A DNA stretch of 64,000 bases, from assembly GCA_951406725.2 (NCBI GenBank), contig OX597835.1:29202001-29266000 (forward strand). Direction: 5' to 3'. This stretch comes from Octopus vulgaris. Lineage: Eukaryota. Position numbers and translations under genes: made by a program. Positions 25,470 through 39,247 of this stretch are shown in pieces. How positions within the stretch are numbered: the first letter of the stretch is position 1; each line of letters opens with the position of its first letter. A model generated the notes under the pieces. The model searched no databases. It had not been told where the DNA came from and saw only the letters and a program-made list of their open reading frames with translations.

Positions 25470-25880
25470 GGTTAAGAAGCATGATTTGCAGCCATGCAGT
25501 TTCAGGTTCACTCCAACTGCCTGGCACTTTAGGTAGGTGTTTTCGTGACCGACTAACACACTGAGGAAATCTAGTAGACAGAAACCGTTGTATTTATATA
25601 GACATGTGTGTGTATATATATACATATACATGCATGTATACATATACACAAACACATACACACATAGATATGTGTAGGAAGGGGTGTCTTCGTATTTATG
25701 CTTGTTCCTTCCACCCAACTCTTGACAGCCAGTGCTAGGTCGTTCGTTTTCATTCCCAGTAACTTAGCGATTCGGCAAAAAGAACCCCACGGTAGAATAA
25801 GGACCATGTTTAAAAAAAACCAACTGGGAACGATTTGGTCGAGTCTAACTTTGAAGACGTTGCTGCAACAAGTAAAAGAT
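25470..25880 (+). mobile_element. SINE family B, old diverged copy
   Basis: Recognisable head, internal microsatellite and tail. Confidence 0.7.
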
Positions 25881-26094
25881 TTAAAATACCGTTATTATTA
25901 TTGAGTGAGAGAGCAGAGCATGCCATCGACGAAGACACTTAGAATACTCTTAGCAAGGACGAATTTCATAACAGAAGAAATAATACAGCATGAGGAGATA
26001 ATGATGACATAGTTGATAATGACGACGACGATGATGATGATGATTATATATATATATATATATAGTATTTATATGAATGTATGTATGTATTGCT

Positions 26095-27528
26095 TTATGT
26101 ATGTATTTTCGTGTATATAGTTGCATATCTAGACACGCTCATATATATTTAAATGATAAACTTCTGGAAAGTTTTTAAGAATTTTATAGTTCCAGTGATG
26201 GATTAAATCTGTAGTCTTCGAATTAGCTTTCTCCTTTCTGGTTTTGAGAAGCTTAATTTGTCAAGATTGGTATTTAGGCAATGAGTTACATCTTCCAGTG
26301 TCCCAATAATTACAGGTATAAACTTGAACTTGTAATCTGGATAGAGTAACTGCATATTTCTCAATAGTTCAGCGTAGTATTTTCTTTTCCACTGCTCCAA
26401 AACGGCACACTGTTTTTTTCTTTTCTATCAGGTATTAATTCTCTTTTCACTGATCTCCAGCTTTATGTTAACATCCGCTGGGCAGCTGATTTCCACAACA
26501 GTATAACTTTCTGTTCTGAATCCCAAATCATTATATCAGTTCTTCACTAATGTTTTTCACTAGGACATTCCACTAAGACATTCTCCTTTTTATCATGTGT
26601 GGATATGGCTTTTACCATACTGTGGGTTCTTATTTCTTTGTCCTCCGCGTTATCCTGCCAACGGATTTCATTATAGAGTGTCCTAGCTACCATATCGTGA
26701 CTCATCGGTAGATAATACCGTAATGACATTTTCGAACAATTCCTTATAATGTGGATGATACCTTCGGTGTTAACTCCACAAAGTCTGCATCGGTTCTCAC
26801 ATTTTACTGTTTTCCGGCATCTCTATCCCTTTTGTGCATCATGTGTTTGGTTGATATTTCCTGTCCCTGGATTGCAAACGCATACCCTTCAAAGAGGGAT
26901 GTAGTAATTCAAATGTTGGTCCATGATGATCAATGTTAATTTGATGATCAATGTTACTGACGTCTGGAAACTTTCCACTGACACATCCACGCATGTTCTT
27001 CTGCTGATATACGCTCATCCTTTCATCTGATAATATGTTTCGGTAGAGTCGTGCGACTTCTTTTGGCATGTATTTAAGGTCATCAGACAAGGAGTGCTGC
27101 TCAAGGAGCTGTCTTCAACGTCTTATGATGTTATCAGTCACGTGTATGCAAACTTGATCAAGGGATGCACTTCGAAATATGGTGGTTAAAAAGGTATTGC
27201 CGAAGGGATATGACACGACATTCAAAGGCAATTTGGATCGATGTTAAGCCTCTGTTACCTTGTTTTCGTATTAGGTAGCGCCGTCTACGTCACTGTTGAT
27301 GTGGAAATTATGTGTGATTGTTTGTATCTTCTTGGTTTTCACATCAATTGCTCGGATCTCATCAAGAGTCCAATCAAGCAGTCCAAATGTTGGTATGAGT
27401 ACTGGCACTGAAAACACATTGTGGGCCACTGTTTTATTGAATGCGGAGAGTTTCGAGGTCCAAATTTTCTTTATTCGGCTGTAATATTCTTTAGTGAGAT
27501 GTGTTTTGTTACAGGGGTCATTGTAAGA
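26095..27528 (-). mobile_element. Dong/R4-like non-LTR retrotransposon, 5' truncated, in (TACA)n
   Basis: EYYSRIKKIWTSKLSAFNK, LDWTLDEIRAIDVKTKK, zinc-knuckle and RLE remnants (SHDMVAR, IPVIIGTL). Confidence 0.85.
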
Positions 27529-27693
27529 CGGTATGTATGCATGCGTGTATGTTTGTATGTATGTATGTTTGTATGTATGTATGTATGTATGTATGTATGT
27601 ATGTATGTATGTATGTATGTATGTATGTATGTATGTATGTATGTATGTATGTATGTATGTATGTGTGTGTGTGTATGTATGTATGTATGTATG

Positions 27694-27727
<34 letters not shown>

Positions 27728-28072
27728 TGTATGTATGTATGTATGTATGTATGTATAAAGAATTTGCATAACCAATAAGTCAGGCGATGGCAATTCATTT
27801 GAATTCATTCATTTCATAGAAATCTGCATTAAATTTCTTCGGTGAATTAAAGCCGCCTACGTCATAATCATTTTAAATAAATCGACAAATACAGTCATTC
27901 ATGCAAACTGAAATAATTACTTTTGCAAATTTATTACGTTTAGTAATAATGTATAATAATTAGTCATATCGGTGTCTTGTGGGGAATCAGATATTTTCCC
28001 TCTGTTGAGAATCTAACAATGCCACGACTTTTCTGTCCACGGAGAGATAACTAGACAGAGATATATTTACAT

Positions 28073-28148
<76 letters not shown>

Positions 28149-28171
28149 ATATCTATCTATCTATCTATCTA

Positions 28172-28826
28172 TCGTTAATATTGTCACGCCTCCCTCCTTC
28201 AAACGGGAAGGAAGGGCTATTTTCATCATCCTTGTGGCTATGGCGAAAGAATGTATCTGGTGGACGCGTCTGAAAGGATTGGAGACAAACACTTTCCTCT
28301 CTGGTCAATCTCTCATCAACTTCTTCAAGTACCACTTGAAAAGGAAAGTGAGAGTAGAGAGGCAAGTTTTGTCTAGCGAATGTTTTAAAAAAAGATGGGT
28401 GAATGTAGCAAGAATGGCACGTATGAATGACGAAGCCACCTTGAGCATGATCCTATGAACCCAGAAATTGAAAACAGAGAGTTGCTTATTTGCAAAAAAA
28501 AAAAAAAAGAAGAAATATAACATGTGACTCCATTGACCGAGGTTACCGTGGTCTTTTCCGTAGGCTTTTCTTTCCACGGGTAAACCTCACCTGTCCTCCC
28601 CTTTACACTTCATATTGACATTTCTGTGATAACGATCCCTATTGATCAATTTTTTTTTCCTCTCCCCCTTTTTTTAACCCCCTTTTTTTGTCCTCTTTCT
28701 CTCCTTTTACGATCCCTTTTGATCGAAACTCCCCCTTCCTTTTTTTTTTTTAAACCTTCAAAAGAAAAGCTCTACCTTGTAATTTGTTCTATCTGTGTGC
28801 AGCCCTGTGTGGCTAATAAAGAAACA
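28172..28826 (+). mobile_element. Tx1/L1-like LINE 3' end inserted in (TCTA)n
   Basis: AMAKECIWWTRLK...KVRVER...FKKRW typical of Tx1-like ORF2 C-termini; 3' UTR with AATAAA; (TCTA)n on both sides. Confidence 0.75.
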
Positions 28827-28946
<120 letters not shown>

Positions 28947-28955
28947 CAACCATCC

Positions 28956-28994
<39 letters not shown>

Positions 28995-29589
28995 CATCGA
29001 TCTATCTATCCATCGATCTATCTATCTATCTATCCATCCATTCATCCATCTATCCATCCATCTATCTATCTATCTTTCTATCTATCTATCTATCCATCGA
29101 TCTATCGATCGATCTATCTATTTATCTATCTATCTATCTATCTATATATCTATCTATCTGTCCGTCTGTCTGTCTGCTAGTCTGTTTGTCTGTCTGTTTT
29201 CCTGTATGTCTGTCTATCTATCTGTCTCTCTCTCTGTCAATTTCTCTGTCTGTCTGTCTGTCTATCTATTTGTCTGTCAGTATATTTGGATACCTATATG
29301 TCTATTTGGATATCTGTCTATAAATGTATCTAGCGATCTGTCTGTCTGTGTGTTGCTAAGACTAATACAATCAGCAAGAGTAACATTACCGTTTTCATCA
29401 TTGTCATCGTCACCATCATCAACACAATCAGCGTCGTTGTCATCATCATCATTATTGTTATCATCATCACCAATATATACGTACATATACACATACACGT
29501 GCACACACATATACATATAATATATACACACACACGTACACAAGCACACAAAAACGAAAATGGAAAAAATGGAAAAAAACTTTGGGCTG

Positions 29590-30095
29590 GAACTAAAACT
29601 AATTTTTAGGTTATGCCTAAAAGCATAATTACACACAATACAACACAACACGAAGCCGGCTGTTCTTGCAGGGTAAAGACTTGTGCCTACTAAATGGAGC
29701 CTGTATGACCGAGACCATTATTTATGAAGCCACCGTAAATTCCACGAACGATAATAATATAGTCTTATCCAAGAGATATGTGGGTCACACAGAGGGAAGT
29801 TTCAAAGCAAGATTCAACAATCACACCTTAAGTATCAGACACTGGAATAAACGAAAAACTATCAAATTAACCAGTTATATATGGTTCTTAAAAGAATAAG
29901 GCGTCATCTATAAGATTTACTGGAAGATCTTAGCCAAATGTAAACCTTATACCAACTGTAGTAGCAAATGCGGTCTTTGTAATATGTAAAGATGATTCAT
30001 CTGGAAAAGTACCTTAGACACCACTACATGTTTAAAGTCAAGAACTGAACTTTTTGGTTCATGTCCATATACCACAAAATACCTGTTACGGTTTT
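29590..30095 (+). mobile_element. Penelope-like element GIY-YIG endonuclease remnant
   Basis: CSC...CLLNGAC..IIYEATV...YVGHTEGSFKARFNNH...YIWFLKE...WKIL...CGLC; stops present. Confidence 0.85.
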
Positions 30096-30428
30096 GGGCC
30101 ACCCAAGATCACGGCTAGAAAACACATTTCTGCTATGTTCCTGCGCAAACTTTCCCATATGTTTTAACATCCATTTATTTTTAATTCTTATTTTTATATT
30201 TTTAAAAAATTTTTTTGCGTTTTTCCTTTTTCGTTTTTAATTGTGTGAGTGTGTACTTGTGTTTGTATATGTATATAATAATGTATATATATATATATAT
30301 ATATATGCGTATATTTATATATATATATGCGTATATTTATATATTTGTCTAGATATATAAGTATTATGCTAGGTGTATGCATGTAAGCACCTATGTGTAT
30401 ATCAGGATGAGATTGCGTACGCATATAC

Positions 30429-30464
<36 letters not shown>

Positions 30465-31139
30465 GTGTACTTGTGTGTGTGTGAATATATGTGCATGTAC
30501 GAGTACGTACATACATATATGTTTGTGTGTATAAGTGCGTGTACGTATAAAAGTTTGTGTGAGTGTATACGAATAAAGCCTTAAAAATGTTTCAGCCCGA
30601 AGGCTGCGGCCGTGCTGGGGCAATGCATGAGGTTTATATCTCTGTATTGTGAGAAGATGTTTGCGTGTATTATATTTTCTTTTTTCTTATCGCAGGTCTT
30701 CGCTCCGATATTCAAAACTCCGAGTTCCATAATGACGACTTTTTACTGTCTTACTGTTTGTTCCAAATTATAGCATATATATGTGTGTGTGTATATATTT
30801 ATATATGTATATGTATACATATTTATCTATATGTATATATATATACATATATACTTGCACATGTGTGTGTGTCACACAAATACTTTGCACCAAAATAGAG
30901 TATTTCATAATCCCACTGCGTTAATGCCTATATAACCAATTCACTCATATAAAACCGTATCACTATACAGGATTAACTACGTATATCATAGATACACTTT
31001 TATTTCATTCGAAAGTATATTTTTACAACAGATTTTCGGGAGGTAAAACCTACTCGTATATAATAATATTATTTTTTGAGGACGTTTGAAAAACCGGATT
31101 CTCAATAGGAAACACATACATCCAAGTCCTGATTTCAAA

Positions 31140-31290
31140 TTTTGTACAAGGCCAGCAATTTCGGGGAAGGGGATAAGTCGATTACTTTGTCCTAAATCTT
31201 CAACTGGTACTTCCTTTATCGAGACCTAAATGATGAAAAGCAAAGTCGATCTCGGTGGAATTTGAACTCGAAACGCGAGGATGGGCGAGT
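31140..31290 (-). mobile_element. SINE family A fragment
   Basis: Reverse complement of the family A core. Confidence 0.7.
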
Positions 31291-31373
31291 AATTCTAGTG
31301 GACAGGAACAGTCGTATTTATATAGACGTGTGCGTGTGTGTGTATGCGTGTGTATACATATACATGCATATAT

Positions 31374-31413
<40 letters not shown>

Positions 31414-31644
31414 TCGTGGGAATGCTAAGCTTTTTCGTAAAACTAATACTCAGAGTTTCACATATTGCCCATCGGAGTTTTGCGATGTATATATTAAAGG
31501 ATCAACTGCCCGTCCCCAAGTTATGGAATCATAACGACGGTTTTAAAGGTTATATTGTTTTTTTGTGCTGTATATGGACTACCATTGAACGGAAAACCCG
31601 GTCTGTGGCAAGGTTACTTATTCTGTAAGGTGAGTGAACTGGAG

Positions 31645-31718
31645 CAAGGTAAAATGAAGGGTTTTGCTCAAGGTAAAATGAAGGGTTTTGCTCAAGGTAA
31701 AATGAAGGGTTTTGCTCA
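31645..31718. repeat. 24-bp tandem repeat (~3 copies) inside a minus-strand SINE remnant
   Basis: CAAGGTAAAATGAAGGGTTTTGCT x3. Confidence 0.9.
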
Positions 31719-31833
31719 AGAACACAATGTGTTGCCTGGTCCATGAATCAAAACAACAATCTTACGATCAAGAATGTAGTGCACTAACCACTAAAATAGG
31801 CGCAGACACACACGCACGCACAGTGTGTGTGTG

Positions 31834-31885
<52 letters not shown>

Positions 31886-32024
31886 CATATATATATATTC
31901 ACATGCATTCAATTAAATAGATATTATCCATTTTATCTGGTTATATCACATTTCTCACCAATGTAATACCACCACAAATACACACACACACAAACACACT
32001 CACACACACATATATATGTATGTG

Positions 32025-32073
<49 letters not shown>

Positions 32074-32651
32074 ATGTATATACCGAGAATTGTGAGTGTG
32101 CGTCACTGTGTATGTTTGAGTATGTAAGCAAGTGTGCGTCTGTGTGTGTTTAACTATTCATTTATATATGTATGTACTCGATTATGTTTCTATACGCACA
32201 CATATCTACATACACACAAACACATACACACATACATTCATACATACATACATACATACATACATACACATACATACATACATACATACATACATACATA
32301 CATACATACATACATACATACATACACACATACATACATACATACATACATACATACATACATACATGCATACACACAAACACATACATACATACATACA
32401 CGCATACGTACGCTCCGTTAGTAGCTATCAAAATTAACTATATTAAACTGGTTGACTGAGCAGTGAGCTGCTAATTCCCGTGTGTATGGCTGTTAGTTGC
32501 CATATGCTAATTAATAATTTAACGTGAGTTCCATGTGCAGCTAAGTTATCTGCCAATATTAACGTAAATCTATACACTCATGTATGCCCAATGACTGTAT
32601 GTCTGTCTGCCTGTATATATACATATGTGTGTGTGTGAGTGTGAGTGTGTG

Positions 32652-32758
<107 letters not shown>

Positions 32759-32863
32759 ATATGCTTATTTATATATATGTATGTATATGTATGGAAATAT
32801 GTATGTATATATATTGTGTATACAAATATATACACATATATACATATATATTATATATATATA

Positions 32864-32919
<56 letters not shown>

Positions 32920-33052
32920 ATATATATGGACATGTACATATAAAAACACACATATGTATATATGTATATATATATATATATATTTATTTATGAGTGTGTG
33001 TGTGTGTCTGTGTGTATGTGTGTGTGTGTGTGTGTGTTTTTTTTTTTATATA

Positions 33053-33100
<48 letters not shown>

Positions 33101-33641
33101 TCATACATACATGCATACATACATATATCTGCATCCCAAGGACACTCTAGTATCCATCTATTAGTAATACTATCTTCTATTTCTGATAAGTCACACACAC
33201 TCACACACACAAAACCCAAAAAAAAACAAGTTAGCAGATACATACACACAAATTTGCATATTGTGCATTAATAAACGAGCACGCATGCATATGCGCACAT
33301 GTATACATTTGTATGCAGTTGCATTCACATGCACACACAGTGATGCAGGCTCACACATATACAGATACACCTACAGCCTAAACACACATGCACTCGCACA
33401 CATGTATATATTCATATTAATAATATATATATAATTATATACATACGTACATACATACACACATACACATGCATACACACGCTTATATGTATGTATATAT
33501 ATATATATATATACGCATTTGTTTGCATACTCATGCAAACACATGCACGACTGTTGATATACTTATGCACATCCAGACATCCAGATGCATATATATATAT
33601 ACACACATGCATACACACATAAACAAACACACATACACGCA

Positions 33642-33681
<40 letters not shown>

Positions 33682-33905
33682 TACGTACACTTGCACGCAG
33701 AGACTCTCACACATCAACTCTCACACATGTACATGCATTCGCACGTTCCCACGGGCTTTCTCTCTCTTTCCCTCCTCTCCCTTTCGGTCTCCCTCCCTCC
33801 CTCTCTTTCTCTCTCCCTCTCTCTCTGACACAGACGTGCATGCACACGCACATCCTCTCATATACTGTGACACATACAGACAAACACATACCGGTGAAAA
33901 TATAG

Positions 33906-33953
<48 letters not shown>

Positions 33954-34066
33954 ACACATGGACACACACACACACATGCACGCACGCACAATCATTCACA
34001 CTCACATAAACTAATGAGTAGAATTGCACATACTTTCACGCAAACGCATACATTGACTTGTACGCT

Positions 34067-34097
<31 letters not shown>

Positions 34098-34142
34098 ATA
34101 TATATGTATGTATATATATATGTATATATATATATATATATA

Positions 34143-34365
34143 TAAATCCTTAAATCCTTAAAAATGTTTTAGCCCGAAGGCCGCGGCCATGCTGGGGCAC
34201 CACCGCTGAATGAGCTACACTAATTTGTGAATCCACCTCTGGTACGTGGCACTTGATCAACAAGGGAGTTCGATGCTGCTACCCGCATCCGCGTCTCCTG
34301 TCGTGAGGTAGGTTCATCTGGGACTCCCAACAAGAAGAGATCCAGTTCAGTTTTAAAGAAACCCA
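34143..34365 (-). mobile_element. CR1 LINE 3' end, same subfamily as 15850-16990
   Basis: Near-identical reverse complement of ~16770-16990. Confidence 0.92.
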
Positions 34366-34547
34366 CATATATATATATATATGTATATGTATATATATAT
34401 ATGTATATATGTATGTATATATATATATGTATAAATGTATATATATATATATGTATATATATGTATATATATATATGTATATATGTATATATGTATATAT
34501 ATATATGTATATATATATATATGAATGTATATATATATATGTATGAA

Positions 34548-34630
<83 letters not shown>

Positions 34631-34650
34631 ATTTCATACCGTTTTTCCGA

Positions 34651-34722
34651 TGGCCGGATAACTGAAGAGAGGCGGCGTGTATTTCCACCTCGGTATCCGA
34701 AACTCTGAGTTTTATCATGGCT
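34651..34722 (+). ncRNA. Penelope-type type I hammerhead motif with damaged stem II
   Basis: GATAA-CTGAAGA-[GAGG..CCTC GGTATCC]-GAAA-CTC T GAG-TT-TTATC; stems I and III intact. Confidence 0.6.
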
Positions 34723-34751
34723 ACCGAATAATTGTCACATATTACATTTAC

Positions 34752-34804
<53 letters not shown>

Positions 34805-35170
34805 GGGCTTCTTCAGTTTCGGTCTACTAAATCCACTCACAAGGCATTGGTCGGCCCAAGGCTATAGTAGAAGACACTTGCCCAAGGTGACACGCTGTGG
34901 GACTGAACCCGGAACCATGTGGTTCATAAACAAAATACTTACCACACAGCCCCTCATGTGCCTATGTATATATATATATATATCATGGCACACCGTCGGT
35001 TACGATTACGAGCGTTCTAGTTAATCCGATCAACGGAACAGCCTGCTCGTGTAATTAACGTGCAAGTGGCTGAGCACTCCACTGACAGGTGTACCCTTAA
35101 CTTAGTTCTCGGGGAGATTCAGCGTGACACAGAGTGTGACAAAGCTGGCCCTTTGAAATACAGGTACAAC
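34805..35170 (-). mobile_element. SINE family B 5' part plus SINE family C internal fragment
   Basis: Family B head at 34805-34955; minus-strand GGAGTGCTCAGCCACTTGCACGTTAA shared with 54785-54810. Confidence 0.75.
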
Positions 35171-35466
35171 AGAAACAAAAAGAGTGATAGAAAGCTGTGG
35201 CGATAGAATACAGCAGGGTTCGCCCCGCCGACCCTGGAATCTCGTGGGTCTTTTGTTTTCTGTCAATAAACACTCCAAATTGGATCGTTAGCTCGTACAC
35301 GCATTTTTCTCTCCTTGTTTCTTTTCTGTGTATCCTTCTGTCGAAGAGCGTAGGCTCAAAACGTAAAAGACTTGTTTTATTTCTATTCCTGAGCGCCATA
35401 CTAATACAATTGTTTGTTTGTACTCCACCTGCCTTCGTCTCTTGTTTATTTTCGTAAACCTTCCCG

Positions 35467-35508
<42 letters not shown>

Positions 35509-35602
35509 GCAAATATTCACGAACATACTTTAATATACACTCTCACATTCACTCTCATACACACTCATATTTAAACAGATACTCTGCATACATATCTAAA
35601 TA

Positions 35603-36480
35603 CGCAGTCTGGTCAAAAAGTATCCGGACTGTTGCTATAGAAAGAAGCTAAAGCACGCAGAGTAAAACCGCTTGGCACAGGTTGACCTTGACCTTTGTTG
35701 TATATGTTCACTAAGTCTTAACGTTCTAGCTCCCTTCCGCAGTTTACAGCAGTGTTTGTTAGGAACGTGTGTAGCGTGTGATCATCGCATTAATCATGAC
35801 AGAGAAAGTTGAGCTGAGAATCTGCATGAAATTTTGCCAAAAGCTTGGTGATACCTGCTCAGAGGCCTACACAACGTTTTCATAAATCTTCATCGTTCTC
35901 GACACAATCAACATCTTGTGCAACTGAAACCCGAATATCTTTTTGGTCAGCTGAAAGCAGTTTTGGGTCAAACAGACACGCGCTTCATACCCAAGTCTTG
36001 AGTGAGAATGGACTGAACTGAACCGTAACTAATCTGAACATCCTCTCGTAACTCACGGATGGTGATTCGACGATTTCCCCCCACGGCTGCACACATATCA
36101 GCGAGATTTTTCTCAGTTCTGCTAGTTGCGCGTCTCCCAGAACGTTCGTCAATATCGACATTTTTTCGGCCATCTTGGAAACGTCTGAACCATCGTACAC
36201 TTGTGTCCCGCTCGTATACTCTTCTTCATTCATTTTCGGCAACTTTGCGTAGGCCTCTGAGCAGGTATCGCCATGACAATTTTCTCTGTCATGATCAATG
36301 CGACGATCACACACTACACACCTTCCTTCCAAGCACTGCCATAAACAGCGGAAGAGAGCTAGAACGTTAAAATTTAGTACGCATGCACAGCAGAGTTCAA
36401 GGTCAATCTGTGCCAAGCGACTTTACTCTGCGTGCTTTAGTTTCGTTACTATGGCAATAGTCCCGATACTTATTTGTATG
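35603..36480. mobile_element. Non-autonomous mariner built from two inverted 5' ends
   Basis: 35603-35875 and the reverse complement of ~36245-36480 are homologous (TIR, 5' UTR, ATGACAGAGAAA start); transposase N-terminus on the minus strand. Confidence 0.8.
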
Positions 36481-39247
36481 CGTGTATATGCACGCACACA
36501 CACACACACACATACGCATTCACAAATTCACTCACACTAACACACACACTGACATACACACTCACGCACATATGCAGACACACATCCACGCATATCCATA
36601 CAAATCCTTAAGAAAACACATATACATTCCAACATACACACTCACATACATCATTTTGACATACGCGTACACTAACAAGCGCACATACACATTCCCACAT
36701 ACATACACTGAAAATACTTAGACATACACACTCTCATACACACACTCTTTCACTCCTATAGACACGTTCACATTTACATCCACACGCACGCACATTCACT
36801 CATAAACAGACGTACACTAACACAGTCGCGTATATACATTCACACGCAGGCTCACATATCCTCACGCACGCACATAAACGCACGCAACCATGCGTTAACG
36901 CACACATACGCAACAAACACACGCCCAACACTAACACACGCACACATATTCACACACACTGAAACTGTTATACACATACACACACGCAAACATATACATA
37001 GATATACATTAGTTTCAGTTTGCCATCGTTAATTAAATCTTAATTGGCTCTCACTATAATTAATAGCAGCTATGTCATTAAAAGTTTTCTGTAATACATC
37101 TGGGTAAATTTGGTCGGTAACTCCATACACTCAATTACACTAACAACATCATTATACTCCTGACGATACTCACTGTTACAACTCCTGTTGAACATTAAAA
37201 AAAATTTTATAGCCGTGTGGTTACGAAAATTGCTTTGCGACATCGTGATTTCGGGTGCAGTTCATCTGCACAGCAACTTGGTCAGGTATTTTCTACTATA
37301 ACCCAGAGCCGACCAGTGCTTTGTCACTTAATTTGACAGACGGAAAATGAGTGGAAGCCTGTTGCATATGCATACATACGTACGTACAAACATCATGCAT
37401 ATATATATATGTGTGTGTGTGTGTGTATGTGTGTGTGTGTGTGTGAGTGTGCGTGCGCGGTAAAATGGTTTCTTATTCCATCGAGAGGTGTAATTCTTCT
37501 GTGACAAAAGTTAATTATTGCCTTTACCAACAAACGAATTTCAAATGTTCTCAATAGAAATATAAAAGAAAAAAAGATAAAAGAAATCGAAAATATAAAT
37601 GAGCTTAGAACACGGCGTATATATTTCAGAGAGATGAATATGTTGACAATAAAAGAGAGGAAATTGAAGAAGTTAACAGAAGAAAGGGGAATAAAGAAAA
37701 GAAAGGAAGTACCTACAATTATGTGAATATAAACCAACATACACACACACTAACACACACACACACTCACACACACACATACACACACACACACTAACAC
37801 ATGCACACGCGCGCATATACATATAATTGTAATGGGTGTGGTGTGTCCTAGTTATTAATAGATTCTTCTGAAAGTGTCTGCATTCCACGAAAATCTCTGA
37901 TTTGGTGTATGAGTAGAGTCGTGTTTATATAAGTTTTCGATGAATCAACTTTTCTCTAATGAAAATATATCGTATTTTTTGCATCCGTTTTTCTAGCAAT
38001 TTCTATATTTTTTATAATAAACATATTGTAGTGGCAAATTTCTTCATACTTATTTTTCCGATTTGTCCAAAAAAGTGTGTATAGTTGCAGAGTCTTAAAT
38101 TGAATCTCTCCCCCAGACATTCATAACTATCATATACGTGCTACGATGTGATTTGGTTTTACGCTTATATCAAAAATTATTCTTTTCATTGCAATGATGA
38201 GAATTCATTGATATTTTCGCGTAAGCATGTGGTTTCTGATTTATTGGTGGGATTTACGTGATATCAGATTATTCATACTAATGATACAGATGTAGCAAAA
38301 TTTAAGATTGTGTTCGTTAAAAAAAAATTCTCTATTTGTGGTTGGTAGAGGAGTGTTTATTAAGGTGAGAAAGATTTTGGCAATTGGACTTAACACTGAG
38401 TGAAAAGGGATTTATGTAGATCAATTAAAATTGGTTAATATTGGCCAGCAATTTCAAGGCGGGGGAAAGTCGATTTCCTCGACCCAAGGGCTAAAATGAT
38501 ACTTATTTTATCGGCCCAGAAAGGATGACAGGCAAGCTCGACCACGTCGGGATTTGAACTCAGAACATAAAGATGGACGAAAGCGTTTCTTCTGCCGTAG
38601 TAACGACTCAGACAACTCACTGCATTTGCAGATTATTTAATATCAGAATTTCTCTCCTTCGTTCAGGAGGAAATTAGTAGGGAAGATAATTTTAAACATG
38701 AATCTCCTTATCAGTAAAGCGTTATTGTGGTGAAGAACTGCCTTATCAAAGATTTCTTGGAAGTCTTGCTGCTAACATTATTGAGGAGATTCTTAATAGC
38801 TAGTGGCTTTGTAACATGATATTACGTTAGTGATTTCTATAAGTTAGAAGAGAAAGCTAGGATAATATCAAGGATGTTAAGTCAGTGAATATAGTTACTT
38901 TTACACTACAGTTACTAAAGTGGCTATTGTTAGTTTTAGAAATACCGGCTTGGATTATATCCTTCCTTAATGCTTAATGTATATTAATTTGTGCAGTTTG
39001 GTATTGCTAACTCGTCATCTCTAGAAAGGCAAATGCATGTTGTTGGAGATCTTTTGCTAAACGCTGCTAAGATGAATAATCCTAAAGGTTACAGAGCTCT
39101 GTCATACGGTCCCATACAATAAAAGCCGCTATTGCGTTTGATGTTTTGACCCAAGTGGAATCTTCACTAAAAAAATAGTTGGATGATCTGGCACACGTAA
39201 TGATATCATTCAAGTTATCATATGTCGTATTTATGGTCCTTAACATA

